In this document: positions 19,054 through 29,827 of the stretch, piece by piece | Position numbering within the stretch: the stretch's first letter is position 1 | How the letters are laid out: the number at the start of each line of letters is the position of its first letter | NCBI GenBank assembly: GCA_963729605.1 | Contig: CAVSNY010000002.1 | Coordinates: forward strand, 145,824-209,823 | Source: an uncultured Gammaproteobacteria bacterium | Lineage (GTDB): Bacteria > Pseudomonadota > Gammaproteobacteria > DRLM01 | Direction: 5' to 3' | DNA length: 64,000 nt | Notes under the pieces: model-generated | Told to the model about the DNA's origin: nothing | Database searches by the model: none | The model's input: only the letters and a program-made list of their open reading frames with translations | Position numbers and translations under genes: made by a program

Positions 19054-20368
19054 GGCGCCCGCCGGCGGTGCCGCGGAGGCCAGGGGCGCGGCGGCGGGGG
19101 TATTGGCGCAGGTCATGGCGGAAGGGCGTTCCCTGAGTGCGGCCTTGCCGCCGGCGCTCGCCGGCTTGCCCGCGCAGGAACGGGCGCTGCTGCAGGAGCT
19201 GTGTTATGGCGTATTGCGCTGGGGTCCGCGCCTGGAGGTGTTGCTTGCCCGCTTGATGACCAAGCCGCTGCGCGACAAGGAGCGGGTGGTGCACGCCTTG
19301 CTCTTGGTGGGCCTCTATCAATTGTTCTATACCCGCATCCCGCCGTATGCCGCGGTGGCCGGCACCGTGGATGCGGCGCGCGCGCTGGGTAAACCGTGGG
19401 CGGCGGGCCTGGTCAACGCGGTGTTGCGCGGCGCGCAAAAGGGCGGCGAGGCCTTGCTGGCCGAGGTGGATCGCGACGAGTCCGCGGCCGCCGCGCATCC
19501 GGTCTGGTTATTGGAATCGTTGCGCGCCGGCCGGCCCGAGGAATGGCGGACCATCGTCGCCGCCAATAATGAACGGGCGCCGATGTTCTTGCGCGTCAAC
19601 CGCCGCCGCGGCGACCGCGCCGCCTATCTCGCGCGGCTCGCCGCCGCCGGCATCGACGCCGCGGCGGTGGCGCGCACCGAGTGCGGCGTGGTGCTGGCGC
19701 GGCCGCTGGATGTCGATCAACTGCCCGGTTTCGCCGCGGGCGAGGTGTCGGTACAGGACGGCGCGGCGCAACTGGCGGCGGAATTGTTGGACGCGCAACC
19801 GGGTGAGCGGGTGCTGGACGCCTGCGCCGCCCCCGGCGGCAAGACCTGCCATATATTAGAGCGTCAGCCGGAGTTGGCCGAGCTGACGGCGCTCGACCAC
19901 GATGCGGCGCGGATGGCGCGGGTGCACGACAATCTGGCGCGGCTGGGTTTGACGGCGCGGGTGATCGTCAACGACGCCGCCCGGCCCGACGCATGGTGGG
20001 ACGGCGCGCCGTTCGACCGGATAGTGTTGGACGCGCCCTGTGCCGGGCTGGGGGTGATCCGCCGTCATCCCGATATCAAATATCTGCGCCGGCCGGAGGA
20101 CATCGCGGCCTTGGCCGCCTTGCAGGGCCGGCTACTGGACGCGCTGTGGCCCTTGCTGCGCGCGGGCGGTAAGCTGGTGTACGTCACCTGCTCGGTGCTG
20201 CCGCAGGAAAACGAGATGCAGATCGAGCGCTTTTTGCGGCAGCGGGCCGACGCCCGCGAACACATCATCGCCGCCGCGTGGGGCCGCGCGTTGAACCACG
20301 GCCGTTTGATCTTGCCGGGTGAAGAGGGGATGGACGGTTTTTATTATGCTTGCCTGGAAAAGACCTGA
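19043..20368 (+). CDS. rsmB: 16S rRNA m5C967 methyltransferase RsmB/Sun
   Basis: It has a NusB-like N-terminus and SAM methyltransferase motifs DACAAPGGKT, DAPCAGLGVIRRHPD and YVTCS. The start is taken at ATG 19043, overlapping the fmt end, rather than the track start at 18899. Confidence 0.9.
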   Translation: MRIKAPAGGAAEARGAAAGVLAQVMAEGRSLSAALPPALAGLPAQERALLQELCYGVLRWGPRLEVLLARLMTKPLRDKERVVHALLLVGLYQLFYTRIPPYAAVAGTVDAARALGKPWAAGLVNAVLRGAQKGGEALLAEVDRDESAAAAHPVWLLESLRAGRPEEWRTIVAANNERAPMFLRVNRRRGDRAAYLARLAAAGIDAAAVARTECGVVLARPLDVDQLPGFAAGEVSVQDGAAQLAAELLDAQPGERVLDACAAPGGKTCHILERQPELAELTALDHDAARMARVHDNLARLGLTARVIVNDAARPDAWWDGAPFDRIVLDAPCAGLGVIRRHPDIKYLRRPEDIAALAALQGRLLDALWPLLRAGGKLVYVTCSVLPQENEMQIERFLRQRADAREHIIAAAWGRALNHGRLILPGEEGMDGFYYACLEKT

Positions 20369-20371
20369 ACG

Positions 20372-20953
20372 GTGAACGGCGCGCGTGGCGTGAGCAAGGC
20401 GAGGACGGCCCGGCGTTTTTGGGCGCTGCTGCTGCTGCCCGCCGTGTGGGCCGGTTCGGCCGCCGCCGCGGAGTTCGTGGTGCAAAGCGCCGAGACGTAT
20501 TTGACGGACAAGGTCCATCATCTCAACGCCAACATCGATTATGACTTCGGCGAACCGGCCCTGGAGGCCCTCCACAACGGCGTGCCGCTGGTGGTGCAAT
20601 TGGACATCGAGATCGACCGCGTCCGCGATTATATCTGGAATGAAAACATCGCCGCCCTGCATCAGCGTTATCAACTCGGTTACGAAGCCCTGATCGGCCG
20701 CTATGTGATCACCAATCTCAACAGCGGCGCCGATGCGTTTTATCCCAGCTTCGACGCGATGCTCGAGGCCTTGGGCCGGATCCGGGATCTGCCGATCCTG
20801 GACGCGGATTTGCTGAGTGAAGGCAAGCGTTATCGGGTGTCCCTGCGCGCCAGTTTGGATTTGGAGGCCTTGCCGGTACCGATGCGCATCATGGGTTATT
20901 TCTCGTCGGACTGGCGGATTTCCAGCGAGTGGTTCACATGGTCCTTGGAATGA
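20372..20953 (+). CDS. DUF4390-like periplasmic protein
   Basis: 193 aa with a signal-like N-terminus. It holds the conserved position between rsmB and the NtrY-like kinase. GTG start. Confidence 0.65.
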   Translation: MNGARGVSKARTARRFWALLLLPAVWAGSAAAAEFVVQSAETYLTDKVHHLNANIDYDFGEPALEALHNGVPLVVQLDIEIDRVRDYIWNENIAALHQRYQLGYEALIGRYVITNLNSGADAFYPSFDAMLEALGRIRDLPILDADLLSEGKRYRVSLRASLDLEALPVPMRIMGYFSSDWRISSEWFTWSLE

Positions 20954-23133
20954 TCCGAAGGTGGAGCGCGGGGGTGGTGCCGATCGTCTTATTGTTCGGT
21001 CTGCTGCTGGTGTCGCTGTATCTGATGGCGCGCGCCACGCAAAACTCCGAGGAATTCGGGCGGCTGTACGTGGTACTGCTGGTCATCAATGTGCTGCTGT
21101 TGGTGGTGCTGGTGGTACTGATCGGCGCCAATATGGTCCGCCTGTGGCGGCAATACCGGGCGCAGGCCACCGGGGCGCGGCTCACCCTGCGGCTGGTGGT
21201 GATGTTCGTGGTGTTGGCCATGGTGCCGGTCAGCATGGTGTATCTCTTTTCGGTGGATTTTCTGCGGCGCGGCATCGACAGCTGGTTCGACGTGCGATTC
21301 GAACGGGCGCTCGACGACGCCTTGGAATTGAGCCGCAATGTGCTCGACACCCGCATGCGCGACTTGATGCGCCGCAGCGAGGCGATCGCGGACGAGCTGG
21401 CGCACGTCGATGACGGCCAAATCGCCTCCACCTTGAACGAGTTGAGTCTCGACAATGAGGCGGGCGAAATAGCCTTGTTCACCCTGAGCGGCCGCATCCT
21501 CTCTTCGGTCGGCGGCAATCCCGCCAAGGTATTGCCCGCCTACCCCAGCGAGGCCATTCTGTTGCAGCTGCGCCAAGGAGTGCCGTATGTCGGCCTCGAC
21601 CAAATTCCCGGCCAGGGTTTGAATATGCGGATCGTGGTGCCGATGAGCGGCGGCCGCCTGCTGCAGGCCTTGTATCCGGTGCCGGAGCGGCTGGCGACGC
21701 TCACCGCCAATGTGCAGGACACCTACACGCGTTACGACCGCCTGCAATATCTGCGCGAGTGGTTGAAATTCAGTTTCATGCTCACCCTCTCGCTGGTCTG
21801 GCTGCTCAGTCTGCTCACCGCGGTGTGGGCGGCGTTTTACGCGGCGCGGCGCCTGGTGGCGCCGATCCGCACCTTGGCGATCGGTACCCGCGCGGTGGCC
21901 GCCGGCGATTACAGCCGCCGTCTGCCTTTGCCGAGCAACGATGAATTCGGCGTGCTGGTGCATTCCTTCAATGAGATGACCGGCAAGATCGCCCTGGCCC
22001 AGGAAGAGGCCCGCCTCAGCCAGCGTCTCGCCGAAAGCGAGCGCGCCCATCTCGAGGCGGTGCTGGGGCGTTTGTCGTCCGGGGTGCTGGCGCTGGACGG
22101 CGATCAGGTGGTGCGCACGCTCAACGCGGCCGCCGGCCACATCCTCGGCGTGGCGGAGGAGGAGGTGCTGGGACGGACGCTGGCGAGTATTGCGGAATCT
22201 CATCCCCACTTGGTGGGTTTGGTGGACATGCTCGGCTCGCATACGCGGCAAAACGTGAGTGAATGGCGCGAGGAGATCACGCTGTTCGGCGCGGCGGGAC
22301 GCCAGGTGCTGATCTGCGGCGGCGCCTTCCTGCCCGCCAGCGGCGATACCGGCGCCGGAACGGTGATCGTCTTCGACGACATCACCGAACTGGTGCAGGC
22401 GCAGCGCAACGCGGCGTGGGGAGAGATGGCGCGCCGCCTCGCCCACGAAATCAAAAACCCGCTCACGCCGATCCGGCTTTCCGCCGAACGGCTGCGCCAC
22501 AAATACCTCAAGGGCATGCCGCCCGCCGACGCGGACGTGCTGGACCGTTCCACCCACACCATCATGCAGCAGGTGGACGCCATGCAAGAGATGGTGAAGT
22601 CCTTCTCCGACTATGCGCGCAGCCCCAAGCTCGAGCGGCGCGCGCTGGATATAAATCGCCTGCTCGATGAGGTGCTGGATTTGTACCGCGGCCACTCGCC
22701 GGTGCGTTGGATATTGGAGCTCGATCCGGACTTGCCGGCGGTGGAGGCCGACGCGGGGCGTTTTCGCCAGTTATTGCATAACCTCATCAAGAACGCCTTG
22801 GAGGCCTTGGCCGAACGCGGCGACGCCTACGTGCGGCTGACCACCCGCCGGGTCGATCATTCCGGTTTTCCCTGCGTGGAGTTGCGGATCGACGACAACG
22901 GTCCGGGTTTTCCCGCTGATTTGGTCGGCCAGCTGTTCGAGCCCTATGTCACCACCAAGCACAAGGGCACGGGTCTGGGTTTGGCGATCGTGAAGAAGAT
23001 CGTGGAGGAACACGGTGGGATGATCACCGCGGAAAATACGGTCAACGGCGCGTGTATCGTCATTCAATTACCCCTGGAAACCGCCGCCCCGGCCCACGGG
23101 GCGGCGAGTCCGCGGGAGGGAGAATCGGCATGA
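20950..23133 (+). CDS. ntrY: NtrY-like sensor histidine kinase
   Basis: It has TM segments, a HAMP-like region, a PAS-like region, the H-box HEIKNPLTPI and an ATPase domain (GTGLGLAIVKKIVEEHGG). The ATG at 20950 forms an ATGA overlap with the upstream stop; an alternative start is at 20929. Confidence 0.85.
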   Translation: MIRRWSAGVVPIVLLFGLLLVSLYLMARATQNSEEFGRLYVVLLVINVLLLVVLVVLIGANMVRLWRQYRAQATGARLTLRLVVMFVVLAMVPVSMVYLFSVDFLRRGIDSWFDVRFERALDDALELSRNVLDTRMRDLMRRSEAIADELAHVDDGQIASTLNELSLDNEAGEIALFTLSGRILSSVGGNPAKVLPAYPSEAILLQLRQGVPYVGLDQIPGQGLNMRIVVPMSGGRLLQALYPVPERLATLTANVQDTYTRYDRLQYLREWLKFSFMLTLSLVWLLSLLTAVWAAFYAARRLVAPIRTLAIGTRAVAAGDYSRRLPLPSNDEFGVLVHSFNEMTGKIALAQEEARLSQRLAESERAHLEAVLGRLSSGVLALDGDQVVRTLNAAAGHILGVAEEEVLGRTLASIAESHPHLVGLVDMLGSHTRQNVSEWREEITLFGAAGRQVLICGGAFLPASGDTGAGTVIVFDDITELVQAQRNAAWGEMARRLAHEIKNPLTPIRLSAERLRHKYLKGMPPADADVLDRSTHTIMQQVDAMQEMVKSFSDYARSPKLERRALDINRLLDEVLDLYRGHSPVRWILELDPDLPAVEADAGRFRQLLHNLIKNALEALAERGDAYVRLTTRRVDHSGFPCVELRIDDNGPGFPADLVGQLFEPYVTTKHKGTGLGLAIVKKIVEEHGGMITAENTVNGACIVIQLPLETAAPAHGAASPREGESA

Positions 23134-24506
23134 GCACGGCGCATATTTTAGTGGTGGACGACGAGCGGGATATCCGCGAGCTGCTCAAGGAGATACTCGA
23201 AGACGAGGGCTACGAGGTGAGCACCGCCGAAAACGGCGGCGCGGCGCGACTGGCGCGGCGCGCGCGGCGGCCCGATCTGGTGCTATTGGATATCTGGATG
23301 CCGGACGTGGACGGCATCAGTTTGCTTAAAGAGTGGAGCGACGAGCGCGGACCGTCTTGTCCGGTGATCATGATGTCGGGTCACGGCACGGTGGAGACCG
23401 CGGTGGAGGCCACCCGGTCGGGCGCCTACGACTTCATCGAGAAACCCTTGTCGATGGCCAAGCTGCTGGTGACCATCGCGCGGGCCTTGGAGGCGCAGCG
23501 CCTGGCGCGGGAGAACATGGTGTTGCGCAAATACGCGCCGCCGGTCTTGGAGCCGCTGGGCAGGAGCGTGCCGATGCAGCAGTTGCGCGAACAGATCCAG
23601 CGGGTGGCGCAGCATGACGCCTGGGTCTTGATCAGCGGCGAGCCCGGCACCGGCAAGGGTTTGTGCGCGCGTTATCTGCATGCGTGCAGCGCGCGGCGCA
23701 ACCATCCCTTCGTCGAAGTGGGCGCCGCCACCTTGCTCCGCGAGAATTCCGCCACGGAATTGTTCGGCGCCGAGACCGGCGGCAGGCTGCAATACGGTTT
23801 GCTGGAGCAGGCCAACGGCGGCAGCCTGTTTCTCGACGAAGTGGGCGACCTGGATTTGACCATCCAGGCCCGCTTATTCGGCGCCTTGGAGAGCGGCGCC
23901 TGCCTGCGGGTGGGCGGCGTCGAACCGGTGCGGCTCGACGTGCGCATCATCGCCGCCAGCCACCGCGACTTGGCCCGCGAGGTGCAGGCCAAGCGTTTCC
24001 GCGACGATCTTTATTACCGCCTGGCGGTGGTGCCGCTGGCCGTGCCGCCGCTCCGCGAACATCCCGAGGACATCCCGGAATTATTGAATCATTACGTGGA
24101 TCTGCTGGTGAATCAGGAAGGGCTGGCTTATCGCCGCTTCAGCGTGGCGACGCAAAATCGCTTGCGCCATCACGGCTGGCCCGGCAATATTCGCGAACTA
24201 AAAAATCTGGTGCAACGTTTGTTGATTCTGGGCGGCGGCGCGGATATCGGTCTCGACGAGGTGGAAGCCGCCCTGCTGGCGTTCGGCGATCAGGCCGCGG
24301 TGACGGCCGTGGGTGATTTTGATCTGCCTTTGCGCGAGGCGCGCGAACAATTCGAACGCGCTTATCTGGAGTATCAATTGCGCGCGGCGGGCGGCAGCAT
24401 GGGTAAAGTGGCGAAGGTGGCGGGGATGGAGCGCACCCATCTCTATCGCAAGCTGCGCGCCCTGGGGCTGAACCCGAAAGGGGGAAAGCCGGAAGAGGAG
24501 GAGTAA
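23130..24506 (+). CDS. ntrX: NtrX-like response regulator (REC + AAA+ + HTH)
   Basis: MSTAHILVVDDERDIRELL...DIWMPDVDG is the receiver domain, with Walker A GEPGTGKG and a C-terminal HTH. The start forms an ATGA overlap with the ntrY stop. I see no GAFTGA loop, as is typical for NtrX. Confidence 0.85.
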   Translation: MSTAHILVVDDERDIRELLKEILEDEGYEVSTAENGGAARLARRARRPDLVLLDIWMPDVDGISLLKEWSDERGPSCPVIMMSGHGTVETAVEATRSGAYDFIEKPLSMAKLLVTIARALEAQRLARENMVLRKYAPPVLEPLGRSVPMQQLREQIQRVAQHDAWVLISGEPGTGKGLCARYLHACSARRNHPFVEVGAATLLRENSATELFGAETGGRLQYGLLEQANGGSLFLDEVGDLDLTIQARLFGALESGACLRVGGVEPVRLDVRIIAASHRDLAREVQAKRFRDDLYYRLAVVPLAVPPLREHPEDIPELLNHYVDLLVNQEGLAYRRFSVATQNRLRHHGWPGNIRELKNLVQRLLILGGGADIGLDEVEAALLAFGDQAAVTAVGDFDLPLREAREQFERAYLEYQLRAAGGSMGKVAKVAGMERTHLYRKLRALGLNPKGGKPEEEE

Positions 24507-24604
24507 TCCGCCGGCGGCGGGATTTCCATCCCACGACCACCCTTTACTCTGATGAGGCAAGGGATCCAGTGATTTGCCGGCGCCAATAGCGGAGAAGATA
24601 TAAC

Positions 24605-25978
24605 GTGAAAATCATCATACTCGGCGCCGGGCAAGTGGGTTCTTCGGTGGCGGAGGCCTTGGTTTCCGAGGCCAACGACATCACCGTGGTCGATGCGGAG
24701 TCGCAAAAACTCCGTGATCTGCAAGACCGTTTCGATCTGCGCACCGTGACCGGCCATGCCGCCCACCCCGAGGTATTAAGGCGCGCCGGCGCCGAAGACG
24801 CCGACATGATCCTCGCCGTCACCAACAGCGACGAGACCAACATGATCGCCTGTCAGGTGGCCTACACCTTGTTTCACACCCCCACCAAGATCGCGCGGGT
24901 GCGGGCTCGCGATTATCTGGCCCATCCGCAACTCTTCACCCAGGAGGCGCTGCCCATCGACGTGTTGATCAGCCCCGAGCAGGTGGTGATCGACTACGTG
25001 CAACGCCTGATCGAGTACCCCGGCGCCCTGCAGGTGCTGGATTTCGCCGGCGGCAAGGTGCGGCTGGTGGCGGTGCGGGCCTATTACGGGGGGCCGCTGG
25101 TGGGGCACGAGCTGCGCGAACTGCGCAATCACATGCCCGGTGTGGACACCCGGGTGGCGGCGATCTTTCGCCGCGGCAAACCGATCATTCCCGAGGGCAC
25201 TACCGTCATCGAAGTGGACGACGAAGTCTTTTTCATCGCCGCGCGCAAGCACATCCGCGCCGTGATGGGCGAGCTGCGCAAACTCGACAAACCGGTCAAG
25301 CGGCTCATCATCGCCGGCGGCGGCAACATCGGCCGCGGTTTGGCGCGGGCCCTCGAAAACAGTTATCAGGTTAAACTCATCGACCACAATCCCGGCCGCA
25401 GCCGCGAAATCGCCGAGGAGGTCAGCAAAACGATCGTGTTGCTGGGCGACGCCGCCGATGAAGAGCTGCTGCTGGAAGAGAATATCGAAAATACCGACGT
25501 GTTCTGCGCGGTGACCAACGACGACGAGGCCAATATCCTGTCGGCGATGCTGGCGAAGCGCTTGGGCGCGCGCAAGGTGATGTCGCTGATCAACCGCGCG
25601 GCCTATGTCGATCTGGTGGAGGGCGGCGATATCGACATCGCCATCTCGCCGCAGCAGGCCACCATCGGCAGCCTGCTCGCGCACGTGCGGCGCGGCGACG
25701 TGGTGGTGGTGCATTCGCTGCGGCGCGGCGCGGCGGAGGCCATCGAGGCGGTGGCCCACGGCGATAAGCGCACGTCCAAGGTGGTGGGCCGCGCCATTCA
25801 GGATATCAAACTGCCGCCGGGCACCAATATCGGCGCCATCGTGCGCGGCGAAGAAGTGCTGATCGCCCATCACGACACGGTGATCGAAGCGGAGGATCAC
25901 GTCATCCTGTTCCTGGTCGATAAACGCCGCATCGGCGAGGTCGAACGTTTGTTTCAGGTCGGGATTACCTTTATTTGA
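24605..25978 (+). CDS. trkA: Trk potassium uptake protein TrkA
   Basis: 457 aa with two Rossmann motifs (GAGQVG and GGGNIG). GTG start. Confidence 0.9.
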   Translation: MKIIILGAGQVGSSVAEALVSEANDITVVDAESQKLRDLQDRFDLRTVTGHAAHPEVLRRAGAEDADMILAVTNSDETNMIACQVAYTLFHTPTKIARVRARDYLAHPQLFTQEALPIDVLISPEQVVIDYVQRLIEYPGALQVLDFAGGKVRLVAVRAYYGGPLVGHELRELRNHMPGVDTRVAAIFRRGKPIIPEGTTVIEVDDEVFFIAARKHIRAVMGELRKLDKPVKRLIIAGGGNIGRGLARALENSYQVKLIDHNPGRSREIAEEVSKTIVLLGDAADEELLLEENIENTDVFCAVTNDDEANILSAMLAKRLGARKVMSLINRAAYVDLVEGGDIDIAISPQQATIGSLLAHVRRGDVVVVHSLRRGAAEAIEAVAHGDKRTSKVVGRAIQDIKLPPGTNIGAIVRGEEVLIAHHDTVIEAEDHVILFLVDKRRIGEVERLFQVGITFI

Positions 25979-26114
25979 ACGGCGGCGGAAAATGATAAGC
26001 AGCAGCAGCGGGCAGTAAAGATACCAGCATCAACAGTGAGGCCGCATTTAAAAATGAGTTCAATGAGTTCATCGAATATTTACCGCCAGCCGTTTGCCGC
26101 TCGCTGCTGATTCC

Positions 26115-27566
26115 ATGCAACTGCAAGTCGTCCAGCGTATTCTCGGTCTCCTGCTCATGATGTTCAGCATCACCATGCTGCCGCCGGTGGTGGTGGCCTG
26201 GTGGTATCAGGACGGCGGAATGATGGCCTTCTTGCTGGGTTTCGTCATCACGCTCGGCGTGGGCTTTTTGTGTTGGGTGCCGGTCCGCCAAGTCCGCCGT
26301 GAATTGCGGGTGCGCGACGGCTTCGTGGTGGTGACGATGTTTTGGGTGGTGCTCGGTTTCTCCGGCGCGATTCCCTTGATGTTGTCGGAACGGCCGGAGA
26401 TGTCGTTCACCAACGCGGTGTTCGAGTCGTTGTCGGGACTCACCACCACCGGCGCGACGGTGCTCACCGCCATCGATGATTTGCCGCACTCTATTTTGTG
26501 GTACCGCCAGCAACTGCAATGGTTGGGCGGCATGGGCATCATCGTGCTGGCGGTGGCGATCCTGCCGATGCTGGGCGTGGGCGGCATGCAGCTTTATCGC
26601 GCCGAGACGCCGGGCCCGATGAAGGACGCCAAACTCACGCCGCGCATCACCGAGACCGCCAAGGCGCTCTGGTACATCTATCTCGGCCTCACCGTGGCCT
26701 GCGCCACGGCCTATTGGGCGGCGGGCATGGAGGTCTTCGACGCCATCGCCCATGCCTTCTCCACGGTGGCGATCGGCGGATTTTCGACTCATGATCTCAG
26801 CATCGGGTATTTCAACAGCGGCTTGATCGAAGCGGTGGCGATAGTATTCATGCTGCTCGCGGGCGTGAATTTCTCGTTACATTTTTTGGCGTGGCGCTCT
26901 CTCAGTCTCAAGCCCTACTTCGGTGATGCGGAATTCAAGACCTATCTCATCGTATTGGCGGTAGTGGCGTCCGTCACCACCGGCTATTTGTACGGCAGCG
27001 GCACCTTTGGCGATGTGGATTCGGCGCTGCGTCACGGCCTGTTTCAAGCCGTGTCCATCGGTACCACCACCGGTTTCACCACCACCGATTACCACAACTG
27101 GCCGGGCTTTCTGCCGGTGATGCTGCTGTTCACCAGCTTCATCGGCGCTTGCGCCTTCTCCACCGGCGGCGGCATGAAGGTGATCCGCATATTATTGCTG
27201 GTCAAACAGGGCATGCGCGAGATCAAACGGCTGATCCATCCCAATGCCCAGTTCGTGATTAAAATCGGCGGCAAGCCTTTGCCCGACAATGTGGTCGAGG
27301 CGGTGTGGGGATTTTTCTCCGCTTACGTGGCGGTCTACGTGATCATGCTGCTCATGCTCATGTTCACCGGCCTCGATCAGATCACGGCGTTTTCCGCGGT
27401 GGCGGCCTGTCTGAATAATCTGGGGCCCGGTCTCGGCGAAGTGGGGGCCAATTACGCCTCCGTTAACGCGCCCGCCAAGTGGATACTGTGTTTCGCGATG
27501 GTGATGGGGCGGCTGGAGATTTTTACCTTGCTGGTTTTGTTCACCCCGGCTTTCTGGCGTAGATGA
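26115..27566 (+). CDS. trkH: Trk potassium transporter TrkH (paralog 1)
   Basis: MQLQVVQRILGLLLMMFSITMLPP... matches the TrkH N-terminal pattern, with repeated pore-loop TTTG/GG motifs. The ATG at 26115 is preferred to the TTG at 26094. Confidence 0.9.
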   Translation: MQLQVVQRILGLLLMMFSITMLPPVVVAWWYQDGGMMAFLLGFVITLGVGFLCWVPVRQVRRELRVRDGFVVVTMFWVVLGFSGAIPLMLSERPEMSFTNAVFESLSGLTTTGATVLTAIDDLPHSILWYRQQLQWLGGMGIIVLAVAILPMLGVGGMQLYRAETPGPMKDAKLTPRITETAKALWYIYLGLTVACATAYWAAGMEVFDAIAHAFSTVAIGGFSTHDLSIGYFNSGLIEAVAIVFMLLAGVNFSLHFLAWRSLSLKPYFGDAEFKTYLIVLAVVASVTTGYLYGSGTFGDVDSALRHGLFQAVSIGTTTGFTTTDYHNWPGFLPVMLLFTSFIGACAFSTGGGMKVIRILLLVKQGMREIKRLIHPNAQFVIKIGGKPLPDNVVEAVWGFFSAYVAVYVIMLLMLMFTGLDQITAFSAVAACLNNLGPGLGEVGANYASVNAPAKWILCFAMVMGRLEIFTLLVLFTPAFWRR

Positions 27567-27645
27567 TCGCCCCGCGAAGCGGTTGGTACTGCGGGTCACT
27601 CTCCAAAGTGGCCGGATATCGATGATCGAGCGGGCCGGATAAGAC

Positions 27646-29097
27646 ATGCAGCTAAGTGTCGTGCAGCGGATTCTGGGTATCCTGCTGATGGTATTCAGCA
27701 TCACCATGCTGCCGCCGGTGGCGGTCGCCGGCTGGTATGGCGATGGCGCCATGCTGCCTTTTTTGCTGGGCTTCGCGATCATTTTCGGCACCGGATTTCT
27801 GTTCTGGGCGCCGGTGCGCAAGGCGCGGCGCGAACTGCGGGTGCGCGACGGCTTCGTGGTGGTGGCGATGTTCTGGTTCGTGCTGGGCCTCGCCGGCGCC
27901 ATTCCGCTGATGTTGTCGGAGCGGCCGCACATGTCCTTCACCAACGCGGTGTTCGAGTCGGTGTCGGGGCTCACCACCACGGGGGCCTCGGTGCTGACCG
28001 GCCTCGATCAACTGCCGCACGCCATCAACTTCTATCGCATGGAACTGCATTGGCTGGGCGGCATGGGCATCATCGTGCTGGCGGTGGCGATCCTGCCGAT
28101 GCTGGGCGTCGGCGGCATGCAGCTCTATCGCGCCGAGACGCCGGGGCCGATGAAGGATGCGAAACTCACGCCGCGCATCGCCGAGACCGCCAAGGCGCTG
28201 TGGTACGTCTATCTCGGCCTCACCGCGGCCTGCGCGCTCGCCTTCTGGCTGGCGGGCATGGGCGGCTTCGACGCCGTGGTGCACAGCTTCACGGTGTTGT
28301 CGACCGGCGGCTTTTCCAGCCACGACGCCAGCCTTGGTTATTTCGACAGTCCGTTGATCGACGCCATCGCCATCGTCTTCATGCTGTTCGCGGGCGCCAA
28401 TTTCGCATTGCATTTTATCGCCTGGCGTTCCTTGAGCGTGGACGCCTATCGCGCCGACTCCGAGTTCAAGGCCTACCTGCTCGCGCTGGCGCTGATCAGC
28501 CTCGTCGTCATCGCTTATCTCTACGGCACCGGCACCTTCGAGGACCTGGGCGACGCCGCCCGTCACGGGATCTTTCACGTGGTGTCCATCGGCACCAGCA
28601 CCGGCTTGCTGACCACGGGGTTCGGCGAGTGGCCGGGATTTTTGCCGGTACTCCTGCTGCTGGCGAGTTTCATCTGCGGCTGCGCGGGTTCCAGCGCGGG
28701 CGGTCTCAAGATGGTCCGCTTCGTATTGCTGGTGAAGCAGGGCGCGCGGGAGGTCATGCGTCTGATTCACCCCAGCGGCGTCCTGCTGATCAAGATCAAC
28801 GGCAGGCCGCTGCCGGAACGGGTGATGCAGGCGATATGGGGATTTTTCTCGATGTATGTCGCGGTATTCGTGGCGCTGATGCTGGGCCTGCTGATCACCG
28901 GCCTCGATCAGGTCACCGCCTTTTCCGCGGTGGTCGCGTGTATCAACAACATGGGCGTGGGCCTGGGCGAGGTCGGCGCCAACTTCGGGTCGATCAATGA
29001 GCCGGCCAAATGGATCTTGTGCGCGGCGATGATCTTGGGCCGTTTGGAGATCTTCACGCTCTTGGTATTATTGTCCCCGGCATTCTGGCGCAAATAA
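27646..29097 (+). CDS. trkH: Trk potassium transporter TrkH (paralog 2)
   Basis: 483 aa, collinear with paralog 1 along its full length. Long identical blocks include WLGGMGIIVLAVAILPMLGVGGMQLYRAETPGPMKDAKLTPRI. Confidence 0.9.
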   Translation: MQLSVVQRILGILLMVFSITMLPPVAVAGWYGDGAMLPFLLGFAIIFGTGFLFWAPVRKARRELRVRDGFVVVAMFWFVLGLAGAIPLMLSERPHMSFTNAVFESVSGLTTTGASVLTGLDQLPHAINFYRMELHWLGGMGIIVLAVAILPMLGVGGMQLYRAETPGPMKDAKLTPRIAETAKALWYVYLGLTAACALAFWLAGMGGFDAVVHSFTVLSTGGFSSHDASLGYFDSPLIDAIAIVFMLFAGANFALHFIAWRSLSVDAYRADSEFKAYLLALALISLVVIAYLYGTGTFEDLGDAARHGIFHVVSIGTSTGLLTTGFGEWPGFLPVLLLLASFICGCAGSSAGGLKMVRFVLLVKQGAREVMRLIHPSGVLLIKINGRPLPERVMQAIWGFFSMYVAVFVALMLGLLITGLDQVTAFSAVVACINNMGVGLGEVGANFGSINEPAKWILCAAMILGRLEIFTLLVLLSPAFWRK

Positions 29098-29115
29098 ACA
29101 CAGCGAGGCAGCGCG

Positions 29116-29733
29116 ATGATCGATCGAATCACCCAGGACAGATGGGACAGCCGTTACCGCGACATGGGTCTGCCCGGCGCGCCGGCCACGGTGTTGCTGG
29201 AGAACGGCCATCTGCTGCCCGGGCACGGCATCGCGCTGGATTTGGCCTGCGGCCTCGGCGCCAATAGTCTGTTCCTGGCGGAGCGCGGTCTGGTCACTCA
29301 CGCGTGGGATATCTCACCGGTGGCGGTGGAGAAGCTGCGGTCCATCGCGGCGGAACGCAAACTGCCGGTGCAGGCCGACGCCAAGGACGTGCTGCGCGAA
29401 GCCATTCCGCCCGCGCAGTTCGACGTGATCGTGGTCTCGCATTATCTGGAGCGCGCCCTCACCCAGCCGATCATGCACGGCCTCAAGGTCGGCGGCCTGC
29501 TGTTTTATCAAACCTTCACCCGCACCGCGGTGAGCGACGAAGGTCCGGAAAAACCCGAGTGGCGGCTTGCCGACGGCGAACTGCTGACGATGTTCGCGCC
29601 GCTGCGGCCCATCGTCTATCGCGAGGAAGGCCGCGTCGGCGACATCACGCGAGGTTTTCGCAACAAGGCGCTGCTGGTGGCGATCAAGGAAACGGCGCAC
29701 GGCGGCGACTGTCTGAAAGCGATGCGGGACTGA
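29116..29733 (+). CDS. class I SAM-dependent methyltransferase (TehB-like)
   Basis: 205 aa with SAM motif I, LDLACGLGANSLFLAERG. Confidence 0.7.
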   Translation: MIDRITQDRWDSRYRDMGLPGAPATVLLENGHLLPGHGIALDLACGLGANSLFLAERGLVTHAWDISPVAVEKLRSIAAERKLPVQADAKDVLREAIPPAQFDVIVVSHYLERALTQPIMHGLKVGGLLFYQTFTRTAVSDEGPEKPEWRLADGELLTMFAPLRPIVYREEGRVGDITRGFRNKALLVAIKETAHGGDCLKAMRD

Positions 29734-29827
29734 CCGAAAAAACCATCGCGAACGGCTGACGCGGCGGGTACGCCCCGGCGCGCCGCGCGGCTGGCCGCCC
29801 CCCTCACTGAATTAATAGGAGTTTCAA

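Noticed and set aside
20989-22695. 568-aa minus-strand ORF
   Set aside because: It is antisense to the NtrY-like kinase. Similar shadows antisense to real genes are rejected for the same reason: 24776..25900 (trkA), 27652..28770 (trkH2), 33797..34987 (cbbL), 36088..37647 (csoS2), 38284..39531 (csoSCA), 49306..51264 (dabA), and 59325..60551 and 60669..62255 (metH).
25979-26114. Small ORFs in the AT-rich trkA-trkH spacer: an 18-codon + strand ORF (MSSMSSSNIYRQPFAARC) and a 34-aa hydrophobic minus-strand peptide ([33 protein letters not shown])
   Set aside because: Neither has a convincing ribosome-binding site or any homology I recognise. The direct repeat atgagttca x2 creates the + strand ORF by chance. 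They are too short to support without ribosome profiling.
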